64,000 nucleotides of DNA, taken from assembly GCF_006345805.1 (NCBI RefSeq), contig NC_043003.1, positions 1,550,001 through 1,614,000 on the forward strand. The letters are read 5' to 3'. Shown piece by piece: positions 12,494-26,968 of the stretch (positions are counted from its first letter, which is position 1; the number at the start of each line of letters is the position of its first letter). Source of the stretch: Octopus sinensis. Its lineage: Eukaryota. The position numbers and the translations under genes are program-made. The notes beneath the pieces were generated by a model. The model saw only the letters and a program-made list of their open reading frames with translations, did no database searches and had not been told where the DNA came from.

Positions 12494-13396
12494 TTTATAT
12501 ATATATATATAACTTGTGTTTTCATCTGTTTGGTTAATGACGAACAATAGTGTGTCACTGTCTTTAAACAAATGGAGGCTTTGCAGTAGGTTGATGTGAT
12601 GCAGTGAGTGGCATGCCTCATCTGCAAGTAGGCCTAAAGTACCTGCTGTGTCATATTAGCAATGAACTGCCACCTTCGCTACCCAGCAATTCCCCACCAC
12701 CCATTTGAGCAGATGTTCAGTTCGGGTGGGGGGGGTTATGTCAGACAACTGCTGTGATATTTCAGAGAGATAAAGCTGTCAACTGACTTCATTATCACAA
12801 GTGTCTCACCATTCTTTGTGACTGCATATATTCTTTTATTCTTTTACTTGTTTCAGTCATTTAACTGCAGCCATGCTGGAGCACCGCCTTTTAGTTGAGC
12901 AAATCGACCCCAGGACTTATTCTTTGTAAGCCTAGTACTTATTCTTTCGGTCTCTTTTGCCGAACCACTAAGTTTACAGTGGCATAAACACACCAACTTT
13001 GGTTTTCACACGATGGTTGCGGGAACAGACTCATGCACACACACACATATATATATATATATACGACAGGCTTCTTTCGGTTTCCATCTACCAAATCCAC
13101 TCACAAGGCTTTGGTTGGCCCAAGGCTATAGTAGAAGATACTTGCCCAAGGTGCCATGTGGTTGGTAAGCAAGCTACTTACCACACATCCACTCCATAAA
13201 TTTTTTGATTTTTATTTAAGGCTTTGTTCGGCCCAAGGCTATAGTAGAAGGCACATGCGCAAGGTGCTACACAGTGGGACTGAACCTGGAACAATGTGAT
13301 TGGTTAGCAAGCTACTTATCACACAGCCAAACTTTTATTTATTTCAGTCATTGGACTGCAACTAAGCTGGGGAACTGCTGTGAAGAGTTTTTAAGT

Positions 13397-13673
13397 CAGA
13401 GGTTCCCAACGTTATTTTGCTTGTGGACCCCCTGAGAGCTATTTTATCATCTGTGGACCCTGTATATGCACATGTAAATTTTTGAAATGAAATATTTGTT
13501 TGTAGGTTAGTAAAAACTAACAATGAAATGATTTCGTTATATTCATAACATAAATTCCAAATACAAATCTTGAAAACTTCAATAAATACAGGTGCCTGTC
13601 CTAGTAAACAAAATTTATATATGGATCTACTAATTACAATTTTTTACTCATGGACCCCAGTTGAGAACCCCTA
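13397..13673. mobile_element. hAT-like MITE inserted inside a family A SINE
   Basis: Termini CAGAGGTTCCCAAC ... GTTGAGAACCCCTA; partial 8-bp TSD (TTTTAAGT/GAATAAGT); the SINE consensus resumes on both flanks. Confidence 0.6.
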
Positions 13674-14744
13674 GAATAAGTCAAACAAATTGACTCTAGG
13701 ACTTATTTTTTAAGCCTGGTACTTATTCTATCAGTCTCTGTTGCTGAACCGCTAAGTTACAAGGATGCTGGTTATCAAGCAGTTGTGGTGGACAAACCCG
13801 AGCATAAAGATGCATACACAGAGTGGTTGGTGTTAAGAAGGGCACCCGGCTGTCACAGTAGCCTAGGATGTTTTTTTCTACCTGGCTGGCTCCTGTCAAC
13901 CATCCTACCCATGCATGCATGGAAGACAGACATTAAACGATGATGGGGCAAAGTCATACTAATAACCTGGTGTTAGAACTCAATATGCATGTTTCAGAAT
14001 AAAGTATTTGTTGAGTACAGAGCATTAATATGAAATTAATTACATGACAAAGGAACAGGAATTACATCACCAACTTCATTAGGTTACATCTGTTTCTGTT
14101 GTAAGATACAGAGCTGAGTGCTTGTGCATCACCTTAGAGCTACCTCACAGTTTCTAAAATTGTGTAATTCCTGTTCCCTTGTCATTTATTGAATTTCATA
14201 TTTCATTCATTTATCTCATTATCCCATACAGCCTCGTGTAGCTTTGTGTATTCTCATCTACAATGGAGACGAGTACCAATATCCCATGTGACGGGCTTGA
14301 TAATTGTTGAGATTTCTCTCTACGTGAAACCATTGGTAGCCTTGTCAACCTAAAAGTAAAGTATGTGTGTGTGTGTATATCAGTGACATAGTTTTAACAT
14401 CTACTTTTTCATGCTTGCATGTTCAGGCAGATTTTCTATGGCCACATGCCCTTCCTGTCATCAACTCTCACCCCTTTTCAAGTAAAAGTAAAATTTCTTA
14501 TTGGCTAGACATGCTTATTGACGTAGATGACTCTCTTCTCCGTCTCTCTCTCTCTCTCTCCATATATATATCATCATCACCATCGTTTAAATTGGACAAA
14601 ATATATATGTATATGCGATGTGATGATGATATATATGGGCACAGATAGTGTATCAATAGCCAGCTGGAGGAGATGTCTTCTACAAGCTACAGTAGCATCA
14701 ACCCTTAACGGTTAGCCACATTTAAGTGGCAAATATACTTCACG

Positions 14745-14790
<46 letters not shown>

Positions 14791-17155
14791 ACAAAAGACG
14801 AAGACAGATGCATGAACAACAAGCAAGTGTATTAGTTTGATGCTCTTCAACAGAAAGGAATAAGAGAAAATAAACAGAGAGAGAATGAAAAAACCCACGC
14901 ACACACAACCCTTTGGTCAGCCCATGAATGTTGTAGAAAACACTTGCCCGGAGTATCATGCAGTGGAACTGAACCCTGAACCATGTGGTTGGAAAGTAAG
15001 CTTTTTAACCACACAGCCACACCTCTATACCTTTATATGTATGTAGTGCGCACATATCTGTGTCTGTGTGTATTTGTTAACTTTGCAGCCGAAACACTTT
15101 ATGTTAGTAATACTGCTACTCCCCCACACATCCGACCTCCAGTGATTTGGAGAAGGTACTCTTTGCCATTTCTTTCCAAAGTTTAATAAAATAGATACCA
15201 AGAATATATAATAGTTTATTCAATCAACAGGTGCTGTGATAAGCTTTCAGCAAACAACGGAAATTTACTCTACTTATTTCGTCTGATTTCTCATTTCACA
15301 CTCCATTTTCGCCTCTCTTATCTATAGGTGATCTACTACCGATATATCATCTTTCGTAATCTTATCTACCGCAACCCACTACATACTAAATTCCTTCACC
15401 AACACATCGACCATTAACATGCTCGCACATGAATACACACACACACACCACATATTTATAGTGAAACCGTGCAATGTCTTACAAACCAGGCCTACTTAGA
15501 AGAAACCTAATTCGTTGCGGTTTGAGCTAAAGTCTAACATTTCTCTCTCGCATTTTTGATTTTATTCTATTTCCTTATTTCCACCATCCACCCCCGCCCA
15601 CCCCCGCTGATGCTTCTATTCCCCATATTTCCACATTCTCATTCCTCTTCTGCTTTCTCTCTGTCGTTTAACCCTTCACTTCCTCTCCCCTCCCTCCCCG
15701 TCTTTTCAACTCTTTCCTGCGTTTTTCTCTGCACTTGACTACCTCCACAGAGGGAAGGAGTTCGAGTTGCTACCATATCTGGCAGACAAAACAGTCCCAA
15801 ATCACATGAATGGCAAACAGAAACTGCAGACTGCTCCGTGTGATGGTGGTGGTGGTGGTGGTGGTGGTGTTAATAGTAGTATTAGTAGTAGTAATAGGGG
15901 TAGTATTAATAGTAGTAGTAGTAGTAGTAGTAGTATTAATAGCAGTAGTGGTAGTAGCTTTCGTCCTCTCAGTCATGTGACTGTGGCCATGCTGGAGCAC
16001 CACCTTAAAGGGTATTAGTTGAAGAAATTGACCCCTGGGGGCTTATCCTTTGTAAGCCTAGTATTTATTCCATCGGCCTTTTTGCCAAACTGCTGGGTTA
16101 CGGGGACATAAACACACCAGCATCAGTTGTCAAGCAATGGTGGTGGGGACAAAGACACACACATACGCACAAATATATACATACATATATATATATATAT
16201 ACAACAGGCTTCTTCCAGTTTCCATCTACCAAATCCACTCACAACACTTTGGTTGACCCAAGGCTACAGTAGAAGACACTTGCTCAAGTTACCACGCAGT
16301 GGGACTGAACCCAGAACCATGTGATTGGGAAGCAAGCTTCTTACCACACAGCCATGCCTGCACCTATAATTTAATAATGTTTTTACTCTATCTAGTGAAA
16401 CAGCTGTAGAGAACAACAAAATTATGAATTATATGAGAAATTTATGTTTTTCAGCTTTTTAGTTTTCTAAGTTGGAAGTTCCAGATGCGATTCTTATATT
16501 TTAACCATTACAGAATACATTTAACTTTGATGAATGTGCAAAACATGGTATTATTTTTGCACATAGTTCTTATGTTATTTTGTATTGCAGATTTTTTTGA
16601 ATTTTCTCAAACACTTGCATTGGATTGCATTTTCATGATTCATCAGATATGCTAGAATTTGTCAAATTTCTGCAGGCTTACTCATTTAGATAAAGGAAGG
16701 AACAATCTTTAATTGTTTTTATTTGAATCCGTCTTAACATTTCATAATTAATCATTTTAAAGTTTGCCATGAGTTTGGGGACCACAGACTTGTTAAAGAA
16801 ACATAAAACTCTACGTATTTCTAACACTGAATTGGGCTCTTCTGTGATTTTTATTTTAGCTCACATAAACAAACATTGTGCATGTATTGTATATATGTAT
16901 GTATTGTTGTGTGTGTGGTGGGGTATATCATCATCGTCGTTTAACGTCCGTTCTCCATGCTAGCATGGGTTGGACGGTTCGACCGGGGTTCTGGGAAGCC
17001 AGAAGGCTGCACCAGGCTCCAGTCTAATCTGGCAATGTTTCTACAGCTGGATGCCCTTCCTATATGTGTTTATATATATATGTGTTTATATATATACACA
17101 TACAAACATATATCATCATCATTTAACGTCCGCTTTCCATGCTAGCATGACAAAC

Positions 17156-17161
<6 letters not shown>

Positions 17162-17208
<47 letters not shown>
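17162..17208. repeat. (TA)n microsatellite, representative of many
   Basis: Perfect TA dinucleotide run. Confidence 0.95.
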
Positions 17209-17214
<6 letters not shown>

Positions 17215-17530
17215 AACATATACATATATATATATATATACACTGAGAGATAGATAGATAGATAAATTCTACTCCCTCTGGCCTGGTTCCTCCTCATGTA
17301 GTAAAGGACTGAATCTACCCTGACCATTTGACCATTTATAAAAGCTATTATTCTAGTAATCTTTTCATATTTTGATATGGCTTAAGTGAGCAACATTTTG
17401 CATAAGAAATGAAATTCTCGTTTTTTTATTACACAATTACCTGAAACGCGCATATTAAATGCATTCAAAATATCATTACTTGATTTGGTTTCCTTTTTAT
17501 ACATTATATATGTATGTACATATGTGTGTG

Positions 17531-17587
<57 letters not shown>

Positions 17588-17889
17588 AAAAAATATAAAT
17601 AAAAATACAAAATGGGACAAGAACGCAAAACACTCAAATAGACGACACAAAAAACGGACGGGTCATTCGAAGCCTCTAATCTTCAGTCAAGAACCGGATC
17701 ATCCTCGCAATTTCGGCTGGTATGTACACCTTGTTCCCTTATGTATATATATATATATATCTAATGTAGGATAAAAATTTTCAAAAAAAATCCTATCAAT
17801 GGTCAGCATATTAAAAAAAATACCTTTAAAGGTTAAATAAGGGTAGAAATCTTTTCTTTTGCCCTCACTTATATATATATATATATATA

Positions 17890-18395
17890 TATGTAATCTC
17901 CCCCTGGCATGTGATGGAATGTTTTCTGAGCATCTGTGGTGTTTATTGCCCCTGTGCATCCGCCGCACACGAAAGCTATATTCCAGGTTAATCTTCCTTT
18001 GATGTTGCTGCACCTCTTATGTGTCTATAGCTTACACTGGGTACATTTTATGGGATTTCTGCCTACCCCTTTTCTACAGATCGAGCAGTGCCACCTACCT
18101 GAAGGGGTGTGTGATGTGTTCGCCTTCCTACTTACTAGAACTTTGGTCTTTGCAACATTGACTCTAAGGCCCTTTGATTCTAAACCTTGCTTCCACACCT
18201 GAAATTTCTTCTCTAGTTCTGGCAGTGATTCTGCTATGAGGGCCAGGTCATCAGCATAGAGGAGCTTCTAGGGGCAACCTGTCTTGAATTCCTCTGTTAT
18301 TGTCTAGAGGTCTATGATGAATAAGCGGGGGGCTGAGGACTGATCCGTGGTGGACCCCTACTTCTACCCAGAATTCTTCACTATACTCATTGCCA
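17890..18395 (-). pseudogene. RTE-clade LINE reverse transcriptase fragment with Cys-rich insert
   Basis: Minus-strand GVHHGSVLSPRLF...LLYADDLALIAESLPELEKKFQVWKQGLESKGLRVNVAKTK (YADD at 18247-18258), then WHCSICRKGVG...CTQCK...HKRC; in-frame stops. Confidence 0.85.
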
Positions 18396-19029
18396 AATGT
18401 CTGTTTTCCATGCTGTCATGGGTTGGACAGTTTGACGGGAGTTGGTTGGCTGAGTTGGTTGGCTTCATGTCTGTTTTGATGTTTATTTCTACAGCTGGAC
18501 GATGCCCTTCCTAATGCCAACCACTCTACAGAGTGCACCAGGTGCTTTTATGCAGCCCTGGTATGGGTGTGCTTACGTACCCCAAACCCGGAAGATTAGG
18601 AATGCTCGGCTTGGGTGGGATGCGGAGGATGTGTCTGTATACAAGAACCAAACACTTATTTACTCAGCACAGCAAACCACCCCCATTCCCTCTCATCCTC
18701 TACGCACACGTATATGTGTGTATGTATATGTTTGTGTGTGTATATTACGTTTGTGTGTATTGTTGGGCTACCAGCAACTAAATCATCCTTCTTATCAAAA
18801 CTACGTGGTTAGGAGAGCGGTTTGCATTGGACAATAAACATACCTGTCATGTCAAAAGGCAGACAACTCAAATAGAATCAACAGCTGGGAGTGAGAGACC
18901 CCTAGTTTTTGTTTAGACATATCTCCAAAGGAAGGAAAACTCCCTGCTGACACACCCTACTGTCTTAAAAATAGACGGTCACAGTGGATAATGTACATTA
19001 TTCCTTTAAAAAGAGAAATGGAACAGCAT

Positions 19030-19720
19030 CATCATCATCATTGTTCGACCGTGGTCGAGACAATGGAATTTACCATGCTACGCCAGACTTCACGGCCCAT
19101 CATGGCATTACAGAGGTCCTGTTGCTGGATGCCTGTATCCCTGGAGATTACATCAGGGTAGGAAAGTGTGCGCCCTCTGGTATTGCGAGTAGATGGCTTC
19201 CAGAGGAGGAGGGTAGAAATTACCTCTTTTTCAGCTCTACAACAATGTCCAGCAAACTGGACTCTCCTACCTTTCACAAGAGATGACACAGGTGGTAGTT
19301 TCCCATATATTTGCATTTTGGTTGGATGGCACTTCCACGAGAGATTTTGAGCTCTCATAAGGAGGCGAGTGTAGGTTCCATCCAACCGCCTCTCAAGCTT
19401 CTTTGATAACATCCAGGTTTCTGAGCCATATAGTAGAATTGGTTCGACTGTGGCTTTGAAGATTTCAAGTTTGAAGTCTCTACTTAGATTTGATGACTAG
19501 ATCTTATGCATGTCATGGCTGACCAGGCAATACCCTTTCTAGTTAGAAAATCTTTTCCAGATGAGGATATGTATGACCCAAGATATTTGTAATCAGAAAC
19601 CATATTTAAGGGTGCATTGTTGAGAGTGTGGATGATGCAATCACTGTTGGACCGGCACTTGTTTATATATTCAGTCTTGGCCTCATTGAGGTAAAGACCT
19701 ACACAATTTGAGGCTTATGG
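19030..19720 (-). pseudogene. 3' fragment of a second RTE/RTE-X-like LINE, (GAT)n tail
   Basis: LNEAKTEY...YKYLGSYI...LLYGSETW and ORF 19038-19412 LDGTYTRLLMRAQNLSW...RRVQFAGHCCR. Confidence 0.85.
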
Positions 19721-20167
19721 AACAAGTTGGCCTTTGACTATAAAAGTATAAATGGATATTCTTTTCCACTCTAGGCACAAGGCCTGAAATTTTGGGGGAG
19801 GGAGCCAGTCGATTAGATCAACCCCAGTACACAACTGGTACTTAATTTATCGACCCCAAAGGATGAAAAGCAAAGTAGACCTCGGTGGAATTTGAACTCA
19901 GAACATAAAAACAGACGAAATATTGCTAAGCATTTCGCCTGGCGTGCTAACGTTTCTGCCAGCTCACTGCCTTAAAGTATAAATAGATATTAATCGAATG
20001 ATGGTCATAATGTACAATGTTTTGGTCTTTGATGATGGTGGTGCTGGTGGTGGTGGTGGTGGTGGTTGCTGCTGTTGTTGTTGCTGCTATGATTATTATT
20101 ATTCAATTGTTCTTATCGTTTGATCTTATATGTAATTTGCTGCATAAGGCATAGATGCTTGTGCACC

Positions 20168-20202
<35 letters not shown>

Positions 20203-20282
20203 CGCCTTCTTTCATTTTTGTTTTGTTTTGCTTTTTTTTAATCTAAAAAAGATTAAAAGATTATTTATTTATTTATTTATAG

Positions 20283-20426
20283 ATCTCCCGTGGTTGGAGT
20301 CTGTTAACATCTAACAGATGTTTGGGAACGGTGCCATTTGTTCTGCACATGCAACGCAATGCCGACTTTAAATTGATCTCATCTCAACATTACTTTTTTA
20401 AAAATTAGGAAAATGGCTGAAACAAG
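20283..20426 (+). other. Candidate upstream (5' UTR) exon of LARGE
   Basis: Acceptor TTTATTTATAG at 20282, consensus donor AAG|GTAAGT at 20426/20427, non-repetitive interior; no transcript evidence. Confidence 0.35.
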
Positions 20427-20956
20427 GTAAGTCAGTTGTTAAATACATGTATGTCGGCGTGTGTGTGTGTGTGTATATTTATATATTTGATTTCATATTT
20501 TCACTTCACCTCATTGAATCTTGGTGCCTAAAATGTAAAGACAATTGGGCTACTGAGATGAGGATGAAGGTATTTGTGTGTGTGTGTGTATGTGTATAGT
20601 TATATATTTATATTACGGAGATGTACTTGCATAGCAAGTGACCTGGTCTGAGATCGTGTGCTAGAATGAAAGCAATTGCAAGTGTTTATATATTTATACT
20701 TATATAGTTAAAAAAATTGCACTGAAGAACAACAAAGGAATGCCAAGGAAAAACCACACATGCTCATCCCTCATCAGTTGTCAGCCAAAATTCTTCACAA
20801 TTTCGTGCCATTATTCATAAGATTGTTCATTTTGTGGCATCAAAAGCACAATACTGCTGATTTAAGTAAGCAGATGAAGAACAGTAACAAAAGTTATACA
20901 CAACAACAGAATAAAGTTCAAGCATAATGGAAAATGACACAGGTACTTGCTATATA

Positions 20957-21595
20957 CAGGGTGTCCCAGAATTAACTATTTCATTGAAATCAGAAAATTA
21001 TTTTTTAAAATTCACTTTTATTTATGTTTAGTATGTGTGAAGAGTTTATCATCATCATCATCATCATCATTTAACATCCGTTTTTCATGCTGTCATGGAT
21101 CGGATGGTTTGACTGGAGATGGCAGGAGACTGCACCAGACTTCACTGTCTGTTTTGGCAGGGATTTCACAGCTGGATGCCCCTTCTTAACACCAAACTCT
21201 TTACATAGTGAACTGAATGCTTTTTACACACCACCAGCAAGGCCTGTGTTTATGATTTTATTTTCTTTCCTGTTGGATCCGGCTGTTTTTCCGTTTGGCT
21301 GCCTTTCTCCACCTCTATCCCCAAAACGGACCTGTGGTTTTACTGAGCTTAAAGAACACATTCAGTTAGCAGTGCAGGAGATAACTCCTGAAATGCTATG
21401 GATAAATTTGAAATTTGCAAGGAGACAGACAGAGCACATGTGGAATATTTTTGGTAAACTCTTGACATAAGATTTATAAATCTATTTGTTTTCATTTTTT
21501 TAATTAATTAACATAAAATTCTGTCAAATTTCTTCTTTTTTTTTTCTAATTTTCCCAATTTCATTAAAATAGATTGTTAATTCTGGGACACCCTG
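20957..21595 (+). mobile_element. Internally deleted Tc1/mariner element with perfect 20-bp TIRs
   Basis: TA-CAGGGTGTCCCAGAATTAAC (20957-20976) and GTTAATTCTGGGACACCCTG-TA (21576-21595); remnant TELKEHIQLAVQEITPEML and EICKETDRAHVEYF; nested RTE 3' UTR fragment. Confidence 0.85.
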
Positions 21596-24500
21596 TATAT
21601 GAATATATACATACACATAAAGGATTTGTGTGTGTGTGTAATTTAGCGGTTCTGCAAAGAGACCCATCATCATCATCGTTTAATGTCCGCTTTCCATGCT
21701 GACATGGGTTGGACAGTTTGACTGGGGACTGGCCAGCCAGGAGGCTGCACCAGGCTCCAATCTGATCTGGCAAGGTTTCTGCAGCTGAATGCCCTTCCTA
21801 ACGCCAACCACTCCAAGAGTGTAGTGGGTGCTTTTCACATGCCAGCAGCACAGGAATCAGTCAGGCGGACCTGGCATCGGCCGTGCTCAAATGGTACCTT
21901 TTACGTGCTGCCGGCACAGGTGCCAATCAGGCAACACTGGCATTGACCACGCTTGAATGGTGCTTTTTATGTGCCAAAAATATCTGACAGATCAATTTGT
22001 AAAGGCAAGGAATAAAGTCCCTTTACTGCAAACTAGTAAGACATGATATCAGGCAGGGCATCCAGCTGAAGATCACTGCCTTTAACAACTTTCATCTAAC
22101 CCATGATGGCATAGAGAAACAAATGTAAAACCAATAGGATGACAATGCTAACAGTGGCTACCAAAACAAGTAGAATTATAATGATAAAAATAATATTAAT
22201 TATAACAATTAATCACTTTGGCTACAGGCCACTAGTTTACAGGAGAGAGGAATAGTTAATTAAAACAACTCCCTTGTATTGTCTTATATCGAGCCTAAAA
22301 CTAGAAACAGTCTCCTGTGGGATTTGCACTCAGACATTGAATAAATTTTTTTAAAAACCCCACATAACAACTACCAACTGTTAAGTATTTCTGTTCAGTT
22401 GTCTGCTGGTTCAGCCGTCTACAATTATAATGAGTATAATAACTAATATTATTATTGTTTTGTCTTTTACTAAGGCAGCAAGCTGGAAGAATTAGTAGCA
22501 CACCAGGCAAATCCTCACTCTTTTACTTGTTTCAGTCATTTTACTGCAGCCATGCTGGAGCACCGCCTTTAGTCGAGCAAATCAACCCCAGGACTTATTT
22601 TTTGTAAGCCCAGTACTTATTCTATCGGTCTCTTTTGCCGAACCGCTAAGTTACAGGGACGCAAACACACCAGCATCGGTTGTCAAGCGATGTTGGGGGG
22701 ACAAACACACACACACATATATATACGACAGGCTTCTTTCAGTTTCTGTCTACCGAATCCACTCACAAGGCTTTGGTCGGCCTGAGGGTATAGCAGAAGA
22801 AACTTGCCCAAGGTGCCACGCAGTGGGACTGAACCTGGAACCATGTGTTTCGTAAGCAAGTTACTTACCACGCAGCCACTCCTTAGTGGAATTTTGTCTG
22901 TCTTTACATTTTGAGTTCAAATTCTGCTGGGTTCAATAAAATGACCAGTTGAGCACTGAGGTCAATGTAATTGACGAGCCTCTTCCCCCAAAATTTCAGG
23001 CCTTGTGCCTACAGTAGAAAGTATTATTATTATTATTATTTTGTCTTTTACTAAAGCAGCAATCTGGTAGAATTGGTAGCATGCCAGGCAAAATGCTTCA
23101 TGGCATTTTGTAGGTCTGTATGTTGAGTTCAAATTCTACTGAGGCCAACTTTGTCTTTCATCCTTTCAGGGTTGATAAAATAAGTACCAGCTCCCTCCCA
23201 TGCCAGTGGCACGTAAAAAGAAAAGCACCATTCGAGCGAGGTCGTTGCCAGTGCTGCTGGACTGGATCCTGTGCAGGTGGCAGCACGTAAAAAGCATCAG
23301 TTGAGTGTGGCTGATGCCATTACTGCCTGATTGGCCCTCATGCCAGTGGCACATAAAAGCACCCACTACACTCTCAGAGTGGTTGGCATCAGGAAGGGCA
23401 TCCAGCTGTAGAAACACTGCCAGATCAGATTGGAGCCTGGTGCAGCCTTCTGGTTCACCAATCCTCAGTCAAACCGTCCAACCCATGCCAGCATGGAAAG
23501 CGGACATTAAACGATGATGATGATTAAATACTGAGTGGGGGTGGGGGGGGGTCAATGTAATTGACTTGCATCATCCCCTGAAATTGCTGGCCTTGTCCTG
23601 AAAGTTAAGACCATTATTATGAGTCCATAAGGAAGCAAGCTGGCAGAATCGTTAGTCTGCAAGACAAAATGCTTTGTAGCTTTTCTTCTGACTTTACATT
23701 CGAATTTGAATACCACCAAGGTTGACTTAGCCTTTTATCCTTTAGGGTTGATAAAATACCTATCAGTTGAGCATGAAGATTGGTGTAATCGACTTTATCC
23801 CTGCCCCCACCAAAAAGAAAATTGCTGGCCTTGTGCCAAAATTTGAAACCATTATTGTTATTTTACCTTATTTCAATCGTTGGACTGCAGCCATCCTGGG
23901 GTAACCCCTTGAAGGGTTTAGTCAAAAAACAATCAACCCCAGTTCTTGTGTTTTGGTTTGTTTTTTTTTCTTTGTTTTTTTTTAGTTTTTTGTTGTTTTT
24001 TAAGTCTGGTACTTATTCTGTCAGTTCTCTTACCAAACTGCTAAGTTATGGAGATATAAACAAACCAACATCAGCTGTCAAGCTGTTGGCAGAGGGCTTG
24101 ACAAACATAAACACAAGCACACTCATAGCTTTATAGATATATATATATATACATACACACACACATGCACATAGGTATGTATGTATGTATATATATATAA
24201 ACTATGGTTTATGTACTCCTCATGAAATTATTTCGTTGATCAGATCTTTGATACATTGAGTACTGTGTTGTCTGTTAGCTGAATCTGCTAGAGGAGCTTT
24301 CTGTGATAGCCACACGATTCTGTGTATCCATATATTGCACCACAAATTTATGAGTGTGACAGGCTTCCACACAGTTTCTGTGTACGAAATTCACTCATAA
24401 GGTATTTTTGGGGCCTCTGGGTCTATAGCAGATGTTTGTGGGACTGAATGTTGAAGCCACTTGGTTGCAAACTAATCTGAGGGGTTTTTTTTGTTTTTTT

Positions 24501-25367
24501 TTTTCAGCTGCTGTCTCGAATATATATGTAGCAGCTGCCCCATGTTCCAGGTATGTAAGCATTAGAAGATATTTTAGATTGTAAAACCTATAATTCACAA
24601 ATATTTGGGTGGGTTTAAAGTGGTGAACTGGCAGAATTGTTAGAATGTTCAACAAAATGGTTAGCAGCATTTTGTCTGACTTGACAACCTGAGTTCAAAT
24701 TCTGACAAGGCCACCTCTGTCTTTCACCCATCAGGGTTGATAAATAAGTACCAGTTGAGCACTGGGGTCGATGTAAATTGACTAGCCCTCCCTTAAAATT
24801 GTTGTCTTTGTGTCAAAATTTAAAACCAATATTTTGGGAGGTTGAAATGGATATGTTGTTATGAAGTTCTAGGTTCAACCCTACTTTGTAATAACTTGAG
24901 TGTCTTTTACTAGGGCCTCAGACCAGCCAATACTCTGGGAGTGGAATTCCTGGAGAGAAACTAAGAAAAAACCTGTCGTGTATGCATGTATTATTATCAT
25001 AATCATTTCATCTCCATTTTTCCATTTTTGCATAAGTCAGATAAAATTTATTGAGGCACATTTCATGGTGCCACATAAAAAGCCTCCATGCTGGTTCCAC
25101 ATAAAAGGCACTGGTGATGGTACCATGTTGGCACCATGTAAAAAGCACCCAGGACACTGTTAAGTGAATGGCATTAGGATCGGCATCCAGCTGTAGAAAC
25201 CAAGCCAAAACAGACTTCGTTTTTTTGTGGAACCAGTACAGGTATTTTTTTACATGGCACCAGAATAGGTGCTTTTTATGTGGCACCTTCTTTGTTTAAT
25301 TCGGGACAAAAGTATTCCTAAATCCATTAGTTTGAGACTTCAAGACTTTCATGATTTCATTTTGAAA

Positions 25368-25595
25368 TTAACCCTTTAGTGTTTAAACCGGCTGTATCCG
25401 GCCTGAATATTCTACTCATTTTATGCTCAAACTGGCCAGAACCAGCATCTCACACCTACCCTGCAATGTCATTCTAAAAATAAACAATTACATTTTTCAA
25501 ATCTTGAAGTTACAAGATAATACCAGATTAATTTTTTAAAATGTAAATGAATAAGGATTACTTCTGACATATTAATTTGAACACTAAAGGGTTAA
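25368..25595. mobile_element. piggyBac-like MITE (family 2)
   Basis: TTAA-CCCTTTAGTG ... CACTAAAGGG-TTAA; related copy at 60007-60391 and partial copy near 35650-35860. Confidence 0.75.
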
Positions 25596-26968
25596 ACCAT
25601 TTTAATGGCATCTAGCTTGCACATTCAACAGTCAATCACAAATAGTATTAGGAATGATTTCAAAACTGGATTTATAGTTATACAACAGTAAATCTTGGTA
25701 CCTTTGATGGTATCATTTTTGCACTAGATGTATCTTAGATATGGATAGGTACGTTCAACCATGTGTGAGGCAGCGGGAACAGAAACACCTAACCTGGACA
25801 GATCGGCCAAACGATGTTCAGATGGATCACCAAAGCACACGCTCCCAACCAAATATGGCCAATGCCAGTACCCCCTGACTGGTTCTTGTGCTGGTGGCAT
25901 GTACAAAGCACCATCTGAACGAGGCCAGTGCCCTCTGACTGGCCCCTGTGTCGGTGGCACGTAAAAAGCACTATCCAGACATGATCGATGCCAGACACAC
26001 CTGACTGCCTCTTGTGCCAGTGGCACATAAAAAGTATCCACTACACTCTCGGAGTGGTTGGCATTAGGAAGGGCATCCAGCTGTAGAAACATTGCCAGAT
26101 AAGATTGGAGCCTGGTGCAGCCTCCTGGCTTGCCAGCCCTCACTCAGACCGTCCAACCCATGCCAGCATGGAAAACGGATGTTAGACGATGATGATGACG
26201 ATGTATCTATCTATTAAATTTAGGTTTTTGTATTTGGCTCTTGTTAAGGCTTTCCCTATTATTCTGCTTCTTCTCCCTTTTGTCTGCAAGGGTATTTATG
26301 GGGTGTGTTCTGTCTATCACAAGTGTAAATGTTTTTTCAGGCTTCACATTCTTATCAGCCACAAACAAACGTAAAATGGGAGATCTTACCCAGAGACACC
26401 TACAGGCAGCAGCAAGCAGAATAGTTAGCTGCCATTAGTTTTATTGTTGCATGTTGTTGTTGTTGCTGTTGTATGGGAGGTGTTTGCAGTTTGTTTGTTT
26501 GTTTTTACTTGTATGAGGTGGGGTGGAAAGGGGCAGGGCAAGATCCTTGTTGCAGATTAAGATCTTAATAGAGAAATTAACAGCAGCACTTGCAGTTTGC
26601 TGTGTGGCATCTTACTGGGATTCAGAGCAGGTCTAAGCGGGTTGTTCGCACTTTGTATTTTTCATTTGATTATGTGTGAGTTTTGTGTTAGTTGGTGGGG
26701 AGAGGGTTCTACTTCCTCATTTTCATCCTCATCATCATCATCACTTCTCCATGCTTGCATGGGTCAGAGGGGATTTATTGAGGCAGGTTTTCTACGACCG
26801 GATGCTCTTCCTGTCACCCACCCTTCCTTGTTTCCAAGCTTAGGTAATCTTCTCATCATGAGGACAAGTTTTTTACAGATGAATGGCAATGAAAGACACC
26901 ACTTACATACTGGCAACACTCGACACAAACTCATTCACACACACACACACACACATATGCATTCATAG

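Noticed and set aside
17590-17745. Possible further hammerhead (minus strand CTGAAGA...CGAA) in a TA/TG-flanked element
   Set aside because: No GAAA or consistent stem II/stem I could be drawn; may be a pLTR fragment but the ribozyme call is unsupported
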